Of a stretch of 52,684 bases of DNA, positions 1 through 12,267 are shown one piece after another. Positions within the stretch are counted from its first letter, which is position 1. Each line of letters begins with the position of its first letter. This stretch comes from an uncultured Solibacteraceae bacterium (GTDB lineage: Bacteria; Acidobacteriota; Vicinamibacteria; Vicinamibacterales; SCN-69-37): assembly GCA_964489685.1 (NCBI GenBank), contig CAZAZR010000008.1, positions 1 to 52,684 on the forward strand. Direction: 5' to 3'. The notes beneath the pieces are model-generated. The model saw only the letters and a list, made by a program, of their open reading frames with translations, was not told the origin of the DNA and did no database searches. The position numbers and the translations under genes are program-made.

Positions 1-2412
1 GCCCCCGCCAGTCTGGCCCCGGGTGCCGAAGCCCCAGGAGTACGACAGTCGGCCACCCAGGTCCCACTGCGCATCGGTTCTGGCCGAGTTGCGGGCCGTG
101 CCCTCGGGCCGATCATTAAAGAGACCGTCGCGGTTGTCGTCACGGCCTGTCGTGATGTTGTAGGGCGATCCGGACTGAGCCCGCACGTTCAGGCTGAGGC
201 TCATGTTCGTGATCGGTGCCATGCTCATGGACAGGCTCGCGCGGTGCCGCACGTCGCCGCCGGAGGGTCCCCACTCGGTGTCGAGGTTGTCGCCGTTGGC
301 CGGCAGCGAAAACGCGCCGGTCGTATTCGAGTCGCTCTTGGACCACGTGTAGTTGGCGAAGAAGAACGACCGCTTCCAGTCGAACTTCGTCAGGCTCCAG
401 CCCACATTGACGGAGTGGCTCTTCGCTTCCGCATCCGACACGAGTGACACGATGTTCGCAAAAGAGGCATCCGGCCTGACGCCATCGACGGGCGCGTTGA
501 GGTTGCTGCCACGCAGCAGCCTTCGTCCCCATCCGTAGGTGTAGGCAATGTTCGCCCTGGAGTTCTGTGAGAACTGCCGGTCGGCACCCACGTTGAACCG
601 GTGACTGGTGGGCAGCGTCAGCGCATCAGACCAGAGGTACTGGTTCGTCACCGAGGTGGCGCCCTCGCCCGGCAGGTCGGGATACGACGGATTGATCACG
701 TTGAGCTCACGCTGGCGGAAGCCGTCCACCTGCAAGGTCTGTTTGTAGAGGTCGCCGCTGATCCAGTCGTAGAAATATCCGTACCCGGCGCGCAGGGTCA
801 GGGTGCCGTTGCGCAACGGCGACCACCCCAGGTTCACGCGCGGCGACAGATTCACCTGATCGTCGGCCACGGTCTGGAAGCCGGCGCGCACGCCAGCCGA
901 CATCAGCAGACTGCGGCTCACGCGCCAGTCGTCCTGCACGTAGAGCCCTGCCTGCCACCGCGAGTAGGTGATGTTCGGATCACCGACTCGACGCGTATAG
1001 CTCGACGGCCGCCCGGCGAGATAGTCGTCGATGCTGGCGAAGGTGTACGTGCCCAGGTAGTTCGAGATGTCGTCCGACTTGTAGCGGCCCCCTTCAATCA
1101 GACCGCCTACGCGCCAGGAGTGCGCGCCGCGGACGTAATCGAGGTCACTGGCCAGCTCCAGATCGAATCGATCCTGGCCGCCCCGCACTTGCGCGCCGCC
1201 CGAGGTAAACCAGTCCACCACCCGCACGGTGGTCGATTCCACATCTGACCGGCTGCTCGACGAACCGAAGACCAGTTGCAGCCGCGACTCGGTGAACATC
1301 CGGCGGCCCAGCGGCCCGTTCTCGGAGATCCGCAACGTGTTGGTCTCTGATGTTGATCGGAACGCCCGATCGATCAGATTGAATCCACCGATGCCCTGGT
1401 TGCGGCTCTCGCGTGAACTGCGGTCGAAGCTCGCCCGTATCGAATGGTCCGCATTCAACGCGTGGTCCAGGCGCACGTTCATGTTCATCACATCAGAGGG
1501 GGACCTGAACGAGTCGGCCACCTGGGTACCATCCGCCAACACGGCGAGGATGTTCGGCGAGGTGTACTGCGACGTGCCACCCAGGTTGAGGGAGAACGAC
1601 GTCTTGTTGGGCTTGATGGTGCCGAACAGCGACATGCCGTACTGGCGGAACTGCTCGGCGCCCTTGGCCGGCGTAAACGGGTTGCGGGCGTTCATCGAAT
1701 CGTCCTGGAACGAGCCGTCGACGCTGCCCCGAAGAGGGCCCGAGCCTGGCTGGGTCATGATGTCGATGTGCATCATGCCGTTCATGCCGCCGTGGTTCTG
1801 CGCCGCGAACGCGTCCATGCGGGGCAACCGGATCGATCGGATCTGTGACTTCGTCGGCATGCGACCGCCAGTGAAGCCGTCCACGCGAATCTGGGATCCG
1901 GGAGGTGACATGGCCTTGAGCACGGCTTCCATCTCGTCCGGATCATCGGGCAACGCCTCGATCATCTCGCGCGTGAGCACCGTTGAAAACGCATTCCCCC
2001 TGGGATCGAGCCCCGACGTGCGGCCGTCGCGCCCCACGGTCACTTCCTGCTCGACCTTCAGCAGGCGCAGGGTCACGGTGCGGCGATTGTCGCCGGCGCG
2101 GACCCTGACGTCGGGTACGGTCGCCGTCTCGAATCCAGGAAACTCCACCTGCAGGGTATAGCGACCGGGCGCGAGTCCCTCGAACGTGGCGATCCCCGCC
2201 ACGGTGGCGGAGGCGGGCGCCAAGGTCACCGCGCGCGTGGCCGGTTCCTGGCCGACCATCGTCACGGTGGCACTCGGCAGGATGGCGCCGGTCTGGTCAG
2301 CCACCGTCACCAGCAGTTTGCCGGCAGAGGCCGGGGTCTGCGCGGCGGCGGACCCCGCCGCCATCAAGATCAGGCACACAACGACTGTCATGCGAACGCA
2401 TGTCTTCAGCAC
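1..2412 (-). CDS. TonB-dependent-receptor-like outer membrane protein with N-terminal carboxypeptidase-regulatory-like domain (3' end outside window)
   Basis: GTG at 2412 after a GGAGAG RBS gives a signal peptide (VLKTCVRMTVVVCLILMAAGSAAAQ) then LLVTVADQTGAILPSATVT. The same frame at the window edge reads LGGRLSYSWGFG (beta-barrel-like). Absent from the ORF track, presumably because there is no stop in the window. Confidence 0.8.
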   Translation of the reverse strand, partial: MLKTCVRMTVVVCLILMAAGSAAAQTPASAGKLLVTVADQTGAILPSATVTMVGQEPATRAVTLAPASATVAGIATFEGLAPGRYTLQVEFPGFETATVPDVRVRAGDNRRTVTLRLLKVEQEVTVGRDGRTSGLDPRGNAFSTVLTREMIEALPDDPDEMEAVLKAMSPPGSQIRVDGFTGGRMPTKSQIRSIRLPRMDAFAAQNHGGMNGMMHIDIMTQPGSGPLRGSVDGSFQDDSMNARNPFTPAKGAEQFRQYGMSLFGTIKPNKTSFSLNLGGTSQYTSPNILAVLADGTQVADSFRSPSDVMNMNVRLDHALNADHSIRASFDRSSRESRNQGIGGFNLIDRAFRSTSETNTLRISENGPLGRRMFTESRLQLVFGSSSSRSDVESTTVRVVDWFTSGGAQVRGGQDRFDLELASDLDYVRGAHSWRVGGLIEGGRYKSDDISNYLGTYTFASIDDYLAGRPSSYTRRVGDPNITYSRWQAGLYVQDDWRVSRSLLMSAGVRAGFQTVADDQVNLSPRVNLGWSPLRNGTLTLRAGYGYFYDWISGDLYKQTLQVDGFRQRELNVINPSYPDLPGEGATSVTNQYLWSDALTLPTSHRFNVGADRQFSQNSRANIAYTYGWGRRLLRGSNLNAPVDGVRPDASFANIVSLVSDAEAKSHSVNVGWSLTKFDWKRSFFFANYTWSKSDSNTTGAFSLPANGDNLDTEWGPSGGDVRHRASLSMSMAPITNMSLSLNVRAQSGSPYNITTGRDDNRDGLFNDRPEGTARNSARTDAQWDLGGRLSYSWGFGTRGQTGGG

Positions 2413-2444
2413 GGGACTCTCCTGTTGGAAACGACTTCTGCTGC

Positions 2445-3470
2445 CTACTTCGAGACGGCGAATTTCTGCTTGTCGATCTTCGGGTTGATCTTGATCTGGT
2501 CGAACGTGGTCTCTTCCGTGGGCGTGCCATCGATGGACCGCTGCAGCGTATGCGGCAGCTTCACGCCGTTGACCGCCTTGAAGTTTGAGTAGTAGATGCG
2601 GTACTCCACCACCTTGAGCGCGGCTTCGGCCTCTTTGCGGCGCGCGTCGACGTCGGCCATCAGCTTCTTCATCTCTTCTTCTGTGGGCGGTGTGCCCCCG
2701 CTGCCCTGGGTGAAAGACGTGCCACCACCCATCTGAACCGTGTGCCCGGCGCCGATGGGCGTGGCGCCGCCGGGGCCGCCGCCACGATTGCTGGTCTGGG
2801 ACATCACGAGCGGCTCTTGGTCAGACCACGTCAGCATCAGCGGCAGGTTGGTCTGGGCATCCACAAACAGCTTTGCGGCAAAGGAGTCGGCACCCGTGAC
2901 CGCAATCACGTGGGCCTTGCCATCGGGTGATTCGGCCTGGCCGGCGTAGCTGAATTCCACGGGAAAGGCCTCGAACGACGAGCCAAACATGCCCAGCGTC
3001 ATCCGCGCGAAGTCCTTCTTGGCCACCATCATCAGTCGCGCGTCCAACGCGGCTTTCTGCTCAGGCGATTGCGTCTGGCCCGGCGCCCCGCTGCCGGCCG
3101 CGCGCACCATGATCATGCCGCCACCACCTGTGAGATTTGGCGGCATCTCCGTCTCGTTGATGACGCCATTGCCGTTGAACCCGGCGTTGCGGTAGATGCT
3201 CATGCTGCCCATGTTGGCCAACACGGTGCGTGCCACATACTTGTCGGGCAGCTCCATGGCCAGTTCCATGTCGGCCTCGGATGCCGTGCCGTTGGCCGAC
3301 GTCCGCTGCGTCCGTCCGACTGCCGTCAAGGTCTTGACCGCGGCCAATTTGTCGCCACCGAGCGCGGCCCGCATGTCGGCCAGCACCTTGTTCACATCTC
3401 CGGCTTGCCCCAGCACGAGCGCCGGACCCGCCACAAGCGTCACCACCAGCACGTTCATCAACTTCCGCAT
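2445..3470 (-). CDS. Secreted hypothetical protein (outer-membrane lipoprotein-sorting-like C-terminus)
   Basis: ORF 2445..3494, likely start MRKLMNV after GGAGGG. Signal peptide; C-terminal YSNFKAVNGVKLPH...INPKID motif. Confidence 0.7.
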   Translation of the reverse strand: MRKLMNVLVVTLVAGPALVLGQAGDVNKVLADMRAALGGDKLAAVKTLTAVGRTQRTSANGTASEADMELAMELPDKYVARTVLANMGSMSIYRNAGFNGNGVINETEMPPNLTGGGGMIMVRAAGSGAPGQTQSPEQKAALDARLMMVAKKDFARMTLGMFGSSFEAFPVEFSYAGQAESPDGKAHVIAVTGADSFAAKLFVDAQTNLPLMLTWSDQEPLVMSQTSNRGGGPGGATPIGAGHTVQMGGGTSFTQGSGGTPPTEEEMKKLMADVDARRKEAEAALKVVEYRIYYSNFKAVNGVKLPHTLQRSIDGTPTEETTFDQIKINPKIDKQKFAVSK

Positions 3471-3631
3471 CACAGTGTTTGCCCTCCGCGACATATAGAC
3501 GTGCGTATCCTGCGCGGCGGTCGCACTACTTTGGTTAACTGCGAGCTAAGAGATTGTAAAGGACGTAAAACCCTATTTTTCAATGCTTTGCGGGCATCTT
3601 GGCTTCGCCGACGCATGCTAGACTCGCATCC

Positions 3632-5521
3632 ATGCCGGCCCTTCGGCTCCCACTCCGACTCGTGCTGCCCACGGGGCTCATCCTGCTGGTCATTGTCCTT
3701 GGCGCACTGCAGTACCGGTGGCTCGGGCAAGTCAGCGAGGCTGAACGCGCGCAGCTTCAGCGGTCGCTGAACCAACGCGCGCAGGAGTTCGCCACGGATT
3801 TCGACAAGGAGATCGGACTGGCATACGCCCTGCTGGGTGCCACCCACACAACGGCCGATGATGGCTTGTGGACCTCGATGGACACGAGATTCGACTCGTG
3901 GAAAAAACAGGCGCCGCATCCAGGCCTCGTCAAAGCGATCTACTTCTGCCGCGTGGGCGTGGCCGAAAAACCGCCGGTGCTCGAACAGCTCGTCGTCGGG
4001 TCGGGCGAGGGGCGGGTGCTGGACTGGCCCGACCATCTCGCGCCTGTGCTTCGAGTGTTTCACCTCGTGCCCGCAAGGCCGGCCAGCCCCCCGGTCACGG
4101 CACGCCTGCTCTCGATCAGCCGCGCGAGCGTCGTCGAAAGCGTGCCGGCGTTGATCATCCCCGTGGTCCAGCCGCCGCAGCGGATCAGCGCCGCCGGCAA
4201 TGTGATGATGGCGATTCAACAGCCGTCGACAGGGGCCATTATCGTGGAACTGGACAAGGACGTGCTTGTGACACGGATCCTGCCCGAACTGGTGGAGCGA
4301 CATTTTCCTGATGGCGACGCGGGCCAGTACCACATCGCAGTCCGGGGCAGCAGCCCGACACCACTCTACGTGCGCAGCACAACGCCCTCCGAAGCCGTGA
4401 CGATGATGAATGCGGATGCGATGGCGTCATTTTTTTCGTCGCCGCACCTCGATCTGACGGCCCAGTCGCGTGGGGCCGCGGCGCTCAGCACCTGGCAATT
4501 CACCACGGCCACCTTCGACCGGCGCGCCGGCGCGGTGACCGAGATGGCGACGCGGATCCTGGCGCCAACTCCCGGCAATCTCGCGATCGTGGTGGGACGC
4601 ACCATGTCGGGTACACGATTGGTGGAGCCGTCGGTCATCTCCACCTTTGGGGGCTGGCACATCGCCTTGCGCCACGGCGCCGGCTCTCTCGACGCCGCCG
4701 TCGCGAAGGCCCGCCAGCGCAACCTGATTGTCAGCTTCAGCATTCTCTCGGTGCTGGCTTTAGGCGTCGGGCTGATCGTGGTCAACGCACGGCGTTCAGA
4801 GAAACTGGCCTCACAGCAGATGGACTTCGTGGCGACGGTGTCGCATGAACTCCGCACGCCGCTCGCGGTCATCCGGTCTGCGGCGCAGAATCTCGCTGCG
4901 GGCGTTGTGGATGATCCTGTCAGGGCCAAGCGGTATGGCGAACTGATCGAGTCGGAAGGACGCCGCCTGACCGACATGGTGGAAGAGGTACTCGAGTTCG
5001 CGGGCCTGTCTGGCCAGCGCCGGGCCCTGGCGCTCAAAGCCGTCGACGTCGTGTCGATGGTGCAGGACGTGGTGGAGTCTTCGTCAGCGCTCATCGCTGC
5101 GGCGCAGGCTCAGGCCGATGTCACCATCGGCCCCGACGTGCCGTTGGTCATGGGCGATGAAGACGCACTGCGCAGGGCCGTCTCGAACCTGCTGACCAAT
5201 GCGCTGAAACACGGCGGCGAGGGCCACTGGGTCGGAATCAACGTCGGACGCCAGGCGGCGAACGGGCGTGAAGAAGTGCACATCGTCGTCTCTGACCGCG
5301 GACGCGGCATCGAGGACGCGGACCTGCCTCACGTCTTTGAACCCTTTTATCGAGGCCGCCACGCGACCAGTCAGCAGATTCAGGGAAACGGTCTGGGCCT
5401 GAGTCTGGTCTCGCGCATCGCCGAATCACACGGCGGCCGGGTGACCGTGGCATCCGTCCCGAAACAGGGCGCCACGTTCACCATTCAATTGCCCGTGGCC
5501 GCCGATCTGGCGGGCGTCTGA
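3632..5521 (+). CDS. Membrane sensor histidine kinase
   Basis: Two TM segments, H-box VSHELRTPL, N-box NLLTNALKH, G-boxes DRGRGI and GNGLGL. Confidence 0.95.
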   Translation: MPALRLPLRLVLPTGLILLVIVLGALQYRWLGQVSEAERAQLQRSLNQRAQEFATDFDKEIGLAYALLGATHTTADDGLWTSMDTRFDSWKKQAPHPGLVKAIYFCRVGVAEKPPVLEQLVVGSGEGRVLDWPDHLAPVLRVFHLVPARPASPPVTARLLSISRASVVESVPALIIPVVQPPQRISAAGNVMMAIQQPSTGAIIVELDKDVLVTRILPELVERHFPDGDAGQYHIAVRGSSPTPLYVRSTTPSEAVTMMNADAMASFFSSPHLDLTAQSRGAAALSTWQFTTATFDRRAGAVTEMATRILAPTPGNLAIVVGRTMSGTRLVEPSVISTFGGWHIALRHGAGSLDAAVAKARQRNLIVSFSILSVLALGVGLIVVNARRSEKLASQQMDFVATVSHELRTPLAVIRSAAQNLAAGVVDDPVRAKRYGELIESEGRRLTDMVEEVLEFAGLSGQRRALALKAVDVVSMVQDVVESSSALIAAAQAQADVTIGPDVPLVMGDEDALRRAVSNLLTNALKHGGEGHWVGINVGRQAANGREEVHIVVSDRGRGIEDADLPHVFEPFYRGRHATSQQIQGNGLGLSLVSRIAESHGGRVTVASVPKQGATFTIQLPVAADLAGV

Positions 5522-6219
5522 TGGGCACGTCGCTGCGCGCCCGACGGGTGCTGCTCATCGAAGATGAACCGGGCCTGGTGCTGACGTTGACCGATCGGCT
5601 GACCAGCGAAGGGTACGAAGTGGCGACGGCTTCCGACGGCCCGGCCGGCCTTGAGCGCGCATCGCACGAGTCTTGGGACGTCATCCTGCTCGACGTGATG
5701 CTGCCTGGCGCGAACGGCTTTGATGTCTGCCGCGACCTCCGGCAACGGAACATCACCACCCCCATCATCATGCTGACGGCGCGGGGCCAGATCATGGACA
5801 GGGTGCTGGGCCTCAAACTCGGCGCCGACGACTATCTGACCAAGCCGTTCGACATGCTCGAGCTGATGGCGCGCATCGAGGTGCAGTTGCGACGCGCCTC
5901 GTCAACGAAGAGCGGCACCACGCCGTATCACTTTGGCAACATCAGCGTGGACTTCCGCAAGGCACAGGTCCTCAAGGACGGCGTGGAACTGGATCTGTCC
6001 GCGCGGGAATTTCTGCTGCTGAAGTACTTCATCGAGCACCGGGAAGCGACCCTCACGCGGGATGAATTGCTCAACGAGGTGTGGGGCTACCACTCGATGC
6101 CGTCGACTCGGACGGTGGATGTGCATGTGGCGTGGCTGCGCCAGAAGATCGAGCCGAACCCGCGCAATCCGCAGTACGTGCTCACGCTGCACGGACTCGG
6201 TTACAAATTTGTCGGATAA
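5521..6219 (+). CDS. OmpR/PhoB-family response regulator
   Basis: Receiver (IEDE, LDVMLPG, KPF) plus winged helix (RTVDVHVAWLRQKIE, GLGYKF); coupled to the kinase stop codon. Confidence 0.95.
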   Translation: MGTSLRARRVLLIEDEPGLVLTLTDRLTSEGYEVATASDGPAGLERASHESWDVILLDVMLPGANGFDVCRDLRQRNITTPIIMLTARGQIMDRVLGLKLGADDYLTKPFDMLELMARIEVQLRRASSTKSGTTPYHFGNISVDFRKAQVLKDGVELDLSAREFLLLKYFIEHREATLTRDELLNEVWGYHSMPSTRTVDVHVAWLRQKIEPNPRNPQYVLTLHGLGYKFVG

Positions 6220-6268
6220 AAGACGTCGGGTGTCTTTTTTGTGGAAGAAGACACCCGACGTCTTTTAT
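6216..6268. terminator. 21-bp perfect inverted repeat, likely bidirectional terminator or REP-like element
   Basis: ATAAAAGACGTCGGGTGTCTT (6216-6236) and AAGACACCCGACGTCTTTTAT (6248-6268), between convergent genes. Confidence 0.8.
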
Positions 6269-6284
6269 GTCGCGTTTCGTGGCG

Positions 6285-7985
6285 TTACTTGGTCAGGAAA
6301 AGATTCTCGCGGCGGGCGGTGACCACCCGCGAAACCAGCGCCAGCAGCACCCAGGCCACCGCCGTCACCACTGCCAGCCACGCGGCCATGGCCACCAGTC
6401 TTCCGACCGGTGTCGCATTGGGCAAGAGCCCAGGCACCGCGATGACCAGCACCGGCAGGATCGCGGCACCCCCGGCGAACATGCCGACCAGCGCCGATGC
6501 CGTATGCGGATTGCCTCCAGAGCCGGCCTTGCTCATATCGGCCGACACGGGAAACACCGCAGACATCAGCGCGGCGACCGGAGTGATCGTCACGTAAACC
6601 GCGAGGCCGCCCAACGCGGTCATCACCCATGGCACCGGCGACGCGCTCCCGGTGGCCACCGCGGCCGCCACGCCCGAAATCAACGCCGCCATCAGGAACA
6701 GGATGGCGCCGGCGATTGCCTTGCCGCGCACCAGATCCAACGCGCTGACCGGCAGCAGAAACTGCAGGGTCAGGCCGGCCCTGTCGGATGAAAACTGGTT
6801 CATCGTGAACGGCTGGATGGAGAAGATTCCCACAAACAGGCTCACGCCAAACAACAGGTGGCTGTAGGTGCCCAGCATCGCAATCCACGGCACCTCATCG
6901 GGCTGGCGGAGCACCACGAGCGACACGAGCGCCATCATCGGGCCGGGCAACAGCACGGCCACACGGCCGCGCACCGATCGCAATCCGCCTTTGACCATCA
7001 CCCACGCCACGGCCATCGCCTGCGCGCTCACACCAGGCACGCGCCATGGCGGCCGCATCTGGACGATGCGCGCGCGGCGGCCCGATGATCCGCTCGCGGA
7101 TTCCAGCAGCCGCTGATGCACAAGTCCAGACAACCAGAAAAACACCACGCCTTCCGACACCAGCACGGCCACCCAGCTCAGGGCCGCCCGCCGGTCCCCA
7201 TCCACCACGGCGCTCGTCATCGCGCCACCGAACAACTCCGACGGCAGGACCTGCGACCACGCCGGCAACATCGCCTCGATGCGGGCGACCGACATGGGCC
7301 CGCGTGGCCGGCCAGTTCCGCGGCCGACGCTGTCGCCATCATTCAGGAACTGCGGCAGCAACGCGACCACGGAAATCGACATCACGGCAATGATCGTCAG
7401 CAGCTCCGCGCGGCGTCGGTCGCGAAACAGCCAGCTCACAGAAAAACTGACCAGCGCGGCCATCGACGCCAGTACGACGGCAAGGGCCACGCCCGCCACG
7501 GCGGCAATCAGCGCCAGATCCGCTCGCCCGCCCCACGCCAGGCCGGCGGCGAACAACGCGAGACCAGGCAACGTGAACAGAATCCAGGGGTCGGCGAGGC
7601 CCGCCACCACCTCGACCAGATGCAGACCGCGCTTGGGAATAGGCAGGAGCAGCAGCCGGGAGTACTTCGTCCCCGTTGTTTGCGCGGCGCCGCCGATCGG
7701 CATGAAGACCACAAGCGCCGTGGCGCCGAAGAGCACCGCACGGGCGACAAAGATGATCACGTCCGGGGCGACGAACCTGCCCGTCGCCAATGCGTTTCCG
7801 CCAATCAGTCCGCCCAGTGAGACCAGAATGATCGAGCCCAGCGACATCACGACGATGAGCGCGGGCACGATGAGCGCGAGCAGGCGTGACACCTGCTCCA
7901 GTGCGTCGCGCCGGCGGCCGCCGCGGACGCCGTTGAGCAACAGCCGCCAGCGCAGCCACGCAAACGCGCGAAGGAACCGGATCAT
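6285..7985 (-). CDS. ABC transporter permease (multi-TM)
   Basis: Start MIRFLRA at 7985 overlaps the ATPase stop (ATGA); many hydrophobic helices. Confidence 0.85.
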   Translation of the reverse strand: MIRFLRAFAWLRWRLLLNGVRGGRRRDALEQVSRLLALIVPALIVVMSLGSIILVSLGGLIGGNALATGRFVAPDVIIFVARAVLFGATALVVFMPIGGAAQTTGTKYSRLLLLPIPKRGLHLVEVVAGLADPWILFTLPGLALFAAGLAWGGRADLALIAAVAGVALAVVLASMAALVSFSVSWLFRDRRRAELLTIIAVMSISVVALLPQFLNDGDSVGRGTGRPRGPMSVARIEAMLPAWSQVLPSELFGGAMTSAVVDGDRRAALSWVAVLVSEGVVFFWLSGLVHQRLLESASGSSGRRARIVQMRPPWRVPGVSAQAMAVAWVMVKGGLRSVRGRVAVLLPGPMMALVSLVVLRQPDEVPWIAMLGTYSHLLFGVSLFVGIFSIQPFTMNQFSSDRAGLTLQFLLPVSALDLVRGKAIAGAILFLMAALISGVAAAVATGSASPVPWVMTALGGLAVYVTITPVAALMSAVFPVSADMSKAGSGGNPHTASALVGMFAGGAAILPVLVIAVPGLLPNATPVGRLVAMAAWLAVVTAVAWVLLALVSRVVTARRENLFLTK

Positions 7986-8752
7986 CCCGCGAGCCAGTCC
8001 ATCGTGGGCATCGCCGCGCGCTCGGTATCCACCAGTTCCAGGAACAGTTCCTCGAGCGTCTTCATTCCACCCGCGCCGGCGCGCAACTCGGCCACCGGCC
8101 CCTGGGCCACGAGGCGGCCCTTCTGGATGACGCCGATGTGGTCGCACAGGCGCTCGACGATCTCGAGGATGTGCGAGGTCAGAAAGATGGTGCCGCCGCC
8201 CTTCACATACTGCAGCAGCAGTTGGCGGATCTGGCGGGCAGCCACAGCGTCTATGCCTTCGAACGGCTCGTCGAGGAACAACATCCGCGGCGCCGGCAGC
8301 AGCGCCACTGACAGGGCCAGCTTCTTGCGCATGCCGTGCGAGTAGTCCGCCACCATCTCGCCCGCGGACTTGGTCAGGTCCATGAGCGTCAACAGTTCAC
8401 CCGCGCGCGATCGCACCTGCGACGGCTCGATCCCGTGCACCTGGCCGACAAACGACAGGGTTTCGGTACCCGTCAGTCGATCGAACAACGCCAGGTCTTC
8501 GGGCACGACGCCGATCTTGCGTTTCACACCGACGGGATCGGCGATGGGGTCCATGCCGAGGATGCGGAAAGTCCCGGCCGTCGGTGTCATCAGTCCGGTC
8601 AGACACTTGATCGTCGTGGACTTGCCCGCGCCGTTCGGGCCGAGGAAACCATAGAAGCTGCCGGTCGGCACCGCCAACGCGATGCGATCCACCGCCACCA
8701 GATCGCCGAAGGTCTTGCGCAGGCCGGTGGTCTCAAGCGCCAGTGGTGCCAT
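7982..8752 (-). CDS. ABC transporter ATP-binding protein
   Basis: Walker A GPNGAGKST, signature YSHGM, Walker B LFLDEP, SH motif. Confidence 0.95.
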   Translation of the reverse strand: MAPLALETTGLRKTFGDLVAVDRIALAVPTGSFYGFLGPNGAGKSTTIKCLTGLMTPTAGTFRILGMDPIADPVGVKRKIGVVPEDLALFDRLTGTETLSFVGQVHGIEPSQVRSRAGELLTLMDLTKSAGEMVADYSHGMRKKLALSVALLPAPRMLFLDEPFEGIDAVAARQIRQLLLQYVKGGGTIFLTSHILEIVERLCDHIGVIQKGRLVAQGPVAELRAGAGGMKTLEELFLELVDTERAAMPTMDWLAG

Positions 8753-9133
8753 GGGGCAGGATCTCCTGGGTATCGTGTCGCAGAACGAGGACCGCCACCG
8801 CAGCGATCACGGCCTGCACCAGTGAAGCAGGCCAGCGAAACGAGGGATCCAGATTACTCGGCAATACGCCGGTCCACGCGTGAAAAAGACCGAAGGCGGC
8901 AATGAGAGACAGAGCCACCACGCCGAGCGCGGCGCCCTGCGGCCGGCGCTGGGTCACGAGCCAGCCGGCCACCATCGACAACGCCGCCACCATCACGCGG
9001 GCCACCATCATCAGCACGGAGAACACGTCGCGGCCGCCAATCGAGTCGGCCAGCCCGCTGAACCACATCCCCGTCATGACGCCGTCCACCATCAGCCCGA
9101 CCCCGATCATGCGCCGCGCAAGTCCTCGCAGGG

Positions 9134-9137
<4 letters not shown>
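8733..9137 (-). CDS. Small membrane protein (about 4 TM)
   Basis: Hydrophobic 134-aa ORF overlapping both neighbours in the operon. Confidence 0.7.
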
Positions 9138-11056
<1,919 letters not shown>

Positions 11057-11060
11057 GTGG

Positions 11061-11471
11061 TCAGCGGGCGGGGTCTGGCGTCACGCAACTCTTGAGGCGC
11101 ACGTGTTGATCGAGTCCCTCACAAAAACACTTAAGAGTGATGCGCTGCCCGTCGGCAACGGTCTTGAGCACTTGCGCCGCGAGGTCTTCGTGGACTGACG
11201 CCTCAACCGAGGGCCCGGTTTCAGCGCCAGCCATCGTCAGCGCGGATGTGTCCGGCCGCAAGCCACGGACCACGCCGCTGATCTCGACCACCCGGCCCCG
11301 ATACCGCCCGTCCGCCGCACCGGCATCGGTCGCGTAGGCCGACGACAGGTCCACGGCCGAGAGTTTGACCGACGCCGGCAGCGAGAAGATTCGATTGTCG
11401 TGGTCGGACACCGCAGGCGTGCAGGCCGCAGCACCCGCCAATACTGCGGCGCATAGCCACCCGCCTGTCAT
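11061..11471 (-). CDS. OB-fold lipoprotein (tRNA_anti-like)
   Basis: Start MTGGWLC at 11471, lipobox-like AAAC, ADGRYRGRVVEISGVV motif. Confidence 0.7.
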   Translation of the reverse strand: MTGGWLCAAVLAGAAACTPAVSDHDNRIFSLPASVKLSAVDLSSAYATDAGAADGRYRGRVVEISGVVRGLRPDTSALTMAGAETGPSVEASVHEDLAAQVLKTVADGQRITLKCFCEGLDQHVRLKSCVTPDPAR

Positions 11472-12232
11472 CGTGCCGCCTGCTTGACGCGCGCCTTTTC
11501 GACGGCCTGATGAAACAGGTATAACGGGTCGGCTTTGCCGCCAGGATCCGTGAAGTCGTATGAGCGCCCGCCTTTGACCTTCACCTTGAGGTTCTTCGCC
11601 AGAAAGTCTGCGGTGAACGTGTCGATCCCGCTCAGGGGCACGGTAAATCCGTCGTCCTTGTTGTCGGTCTCGTAGCGCAGGCCGTCGGGGCTGGCGATCA
11701 GCCGGCCTTTGCATGAACCGAGGCGGTGCTTGTGTGTCACGGCGATGGACTCATCGAGCCGAATCGCTTTGAGCGAGATCATGACGTCGCGCGACCCGGG
11801 CGCGATATCGACGGATTCGACGACGCCGTCGTAGCCAGGTGCCGAGACGTTGATCTGGCGGGTGCCGGGGGCGACATCGTCTGCAGTGACAGGCGCCACG
11901 CCGATGAACTTGCGATCGATGAACACCTGGGCGCCGGGCACATCGCTGGTGATGTGGAGGGTGGCCATGGTGGGCGCTTCGACCACCTCCGGCGGCGTGA
12001 TCGGTGCGGGCGTGGGGGCCGGCGCTGTGCGCCGTGCGGCCCGTAGTGTCTCCGGTACGGCGACGGGCGCGGTCGGCGCCACTGGCGGTCCGTGGACGGA
12101 GGTATCGCGGACCGGTGCCGCGGGCGGCGCAGCCGGCGACTCGGAACGGCCGGGCTTCATGTTGAGACCCACCAGTACGGAGACGCCCACGAGGGCACCC
12201 GCCACCAGCACCACCAGCGTCTGACGACTCAC
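11468..12232 (-). CDS. PEGA-domain membrane-anchored protein
   Basis: N-terminal TM, Pro/Ala linker, PEGA motif LHITSDVPGAQVFIDRKFIG. Confidence 0.8.
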   Translation of the reverse strand: MSRQTLVVLVAGALVGVSVLVGLNMKPGRSESPAAPPAAPVRDTSVHGPPVAPTAPVAVPETLRAARRTAPAPTPAPITPPEVVEAPTMATLHITSDVPGAQVFIDRKFIGVAPVTADDVAPGTRQINVSAPGYDGVVESVDIAPGSRDVMISLKAIRLDESIAVTHKHRLGSCKGRLIASPDGLRYETDNKDDGFTVPLSGIDTFTADFLAKNLKVKVKGGRSYDFTDPGGKADPLYLFHQAVEKARVKQAAR

Positions 12233-12267
12233 GCGCGTGATCCTACCAGTTTGGTGGGGTCAGGGTC

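Noticed and set aside
140-2488. Numerous ORFs in the track, mostly + strand (e.g. 601..1248, 1229..2161)
   Set aside because: Shadow frames of the minus-strand receptor gene in high-GC DNA. The same applies to long antisense ORFs such as 9164..10957, 29553..30914 and 46008..47309.
3496-3524. Possible ECF promoter (CGTCTA -10) upstream of the secreted protein
   Set aside because: No convincing -35 at the expected spacing.
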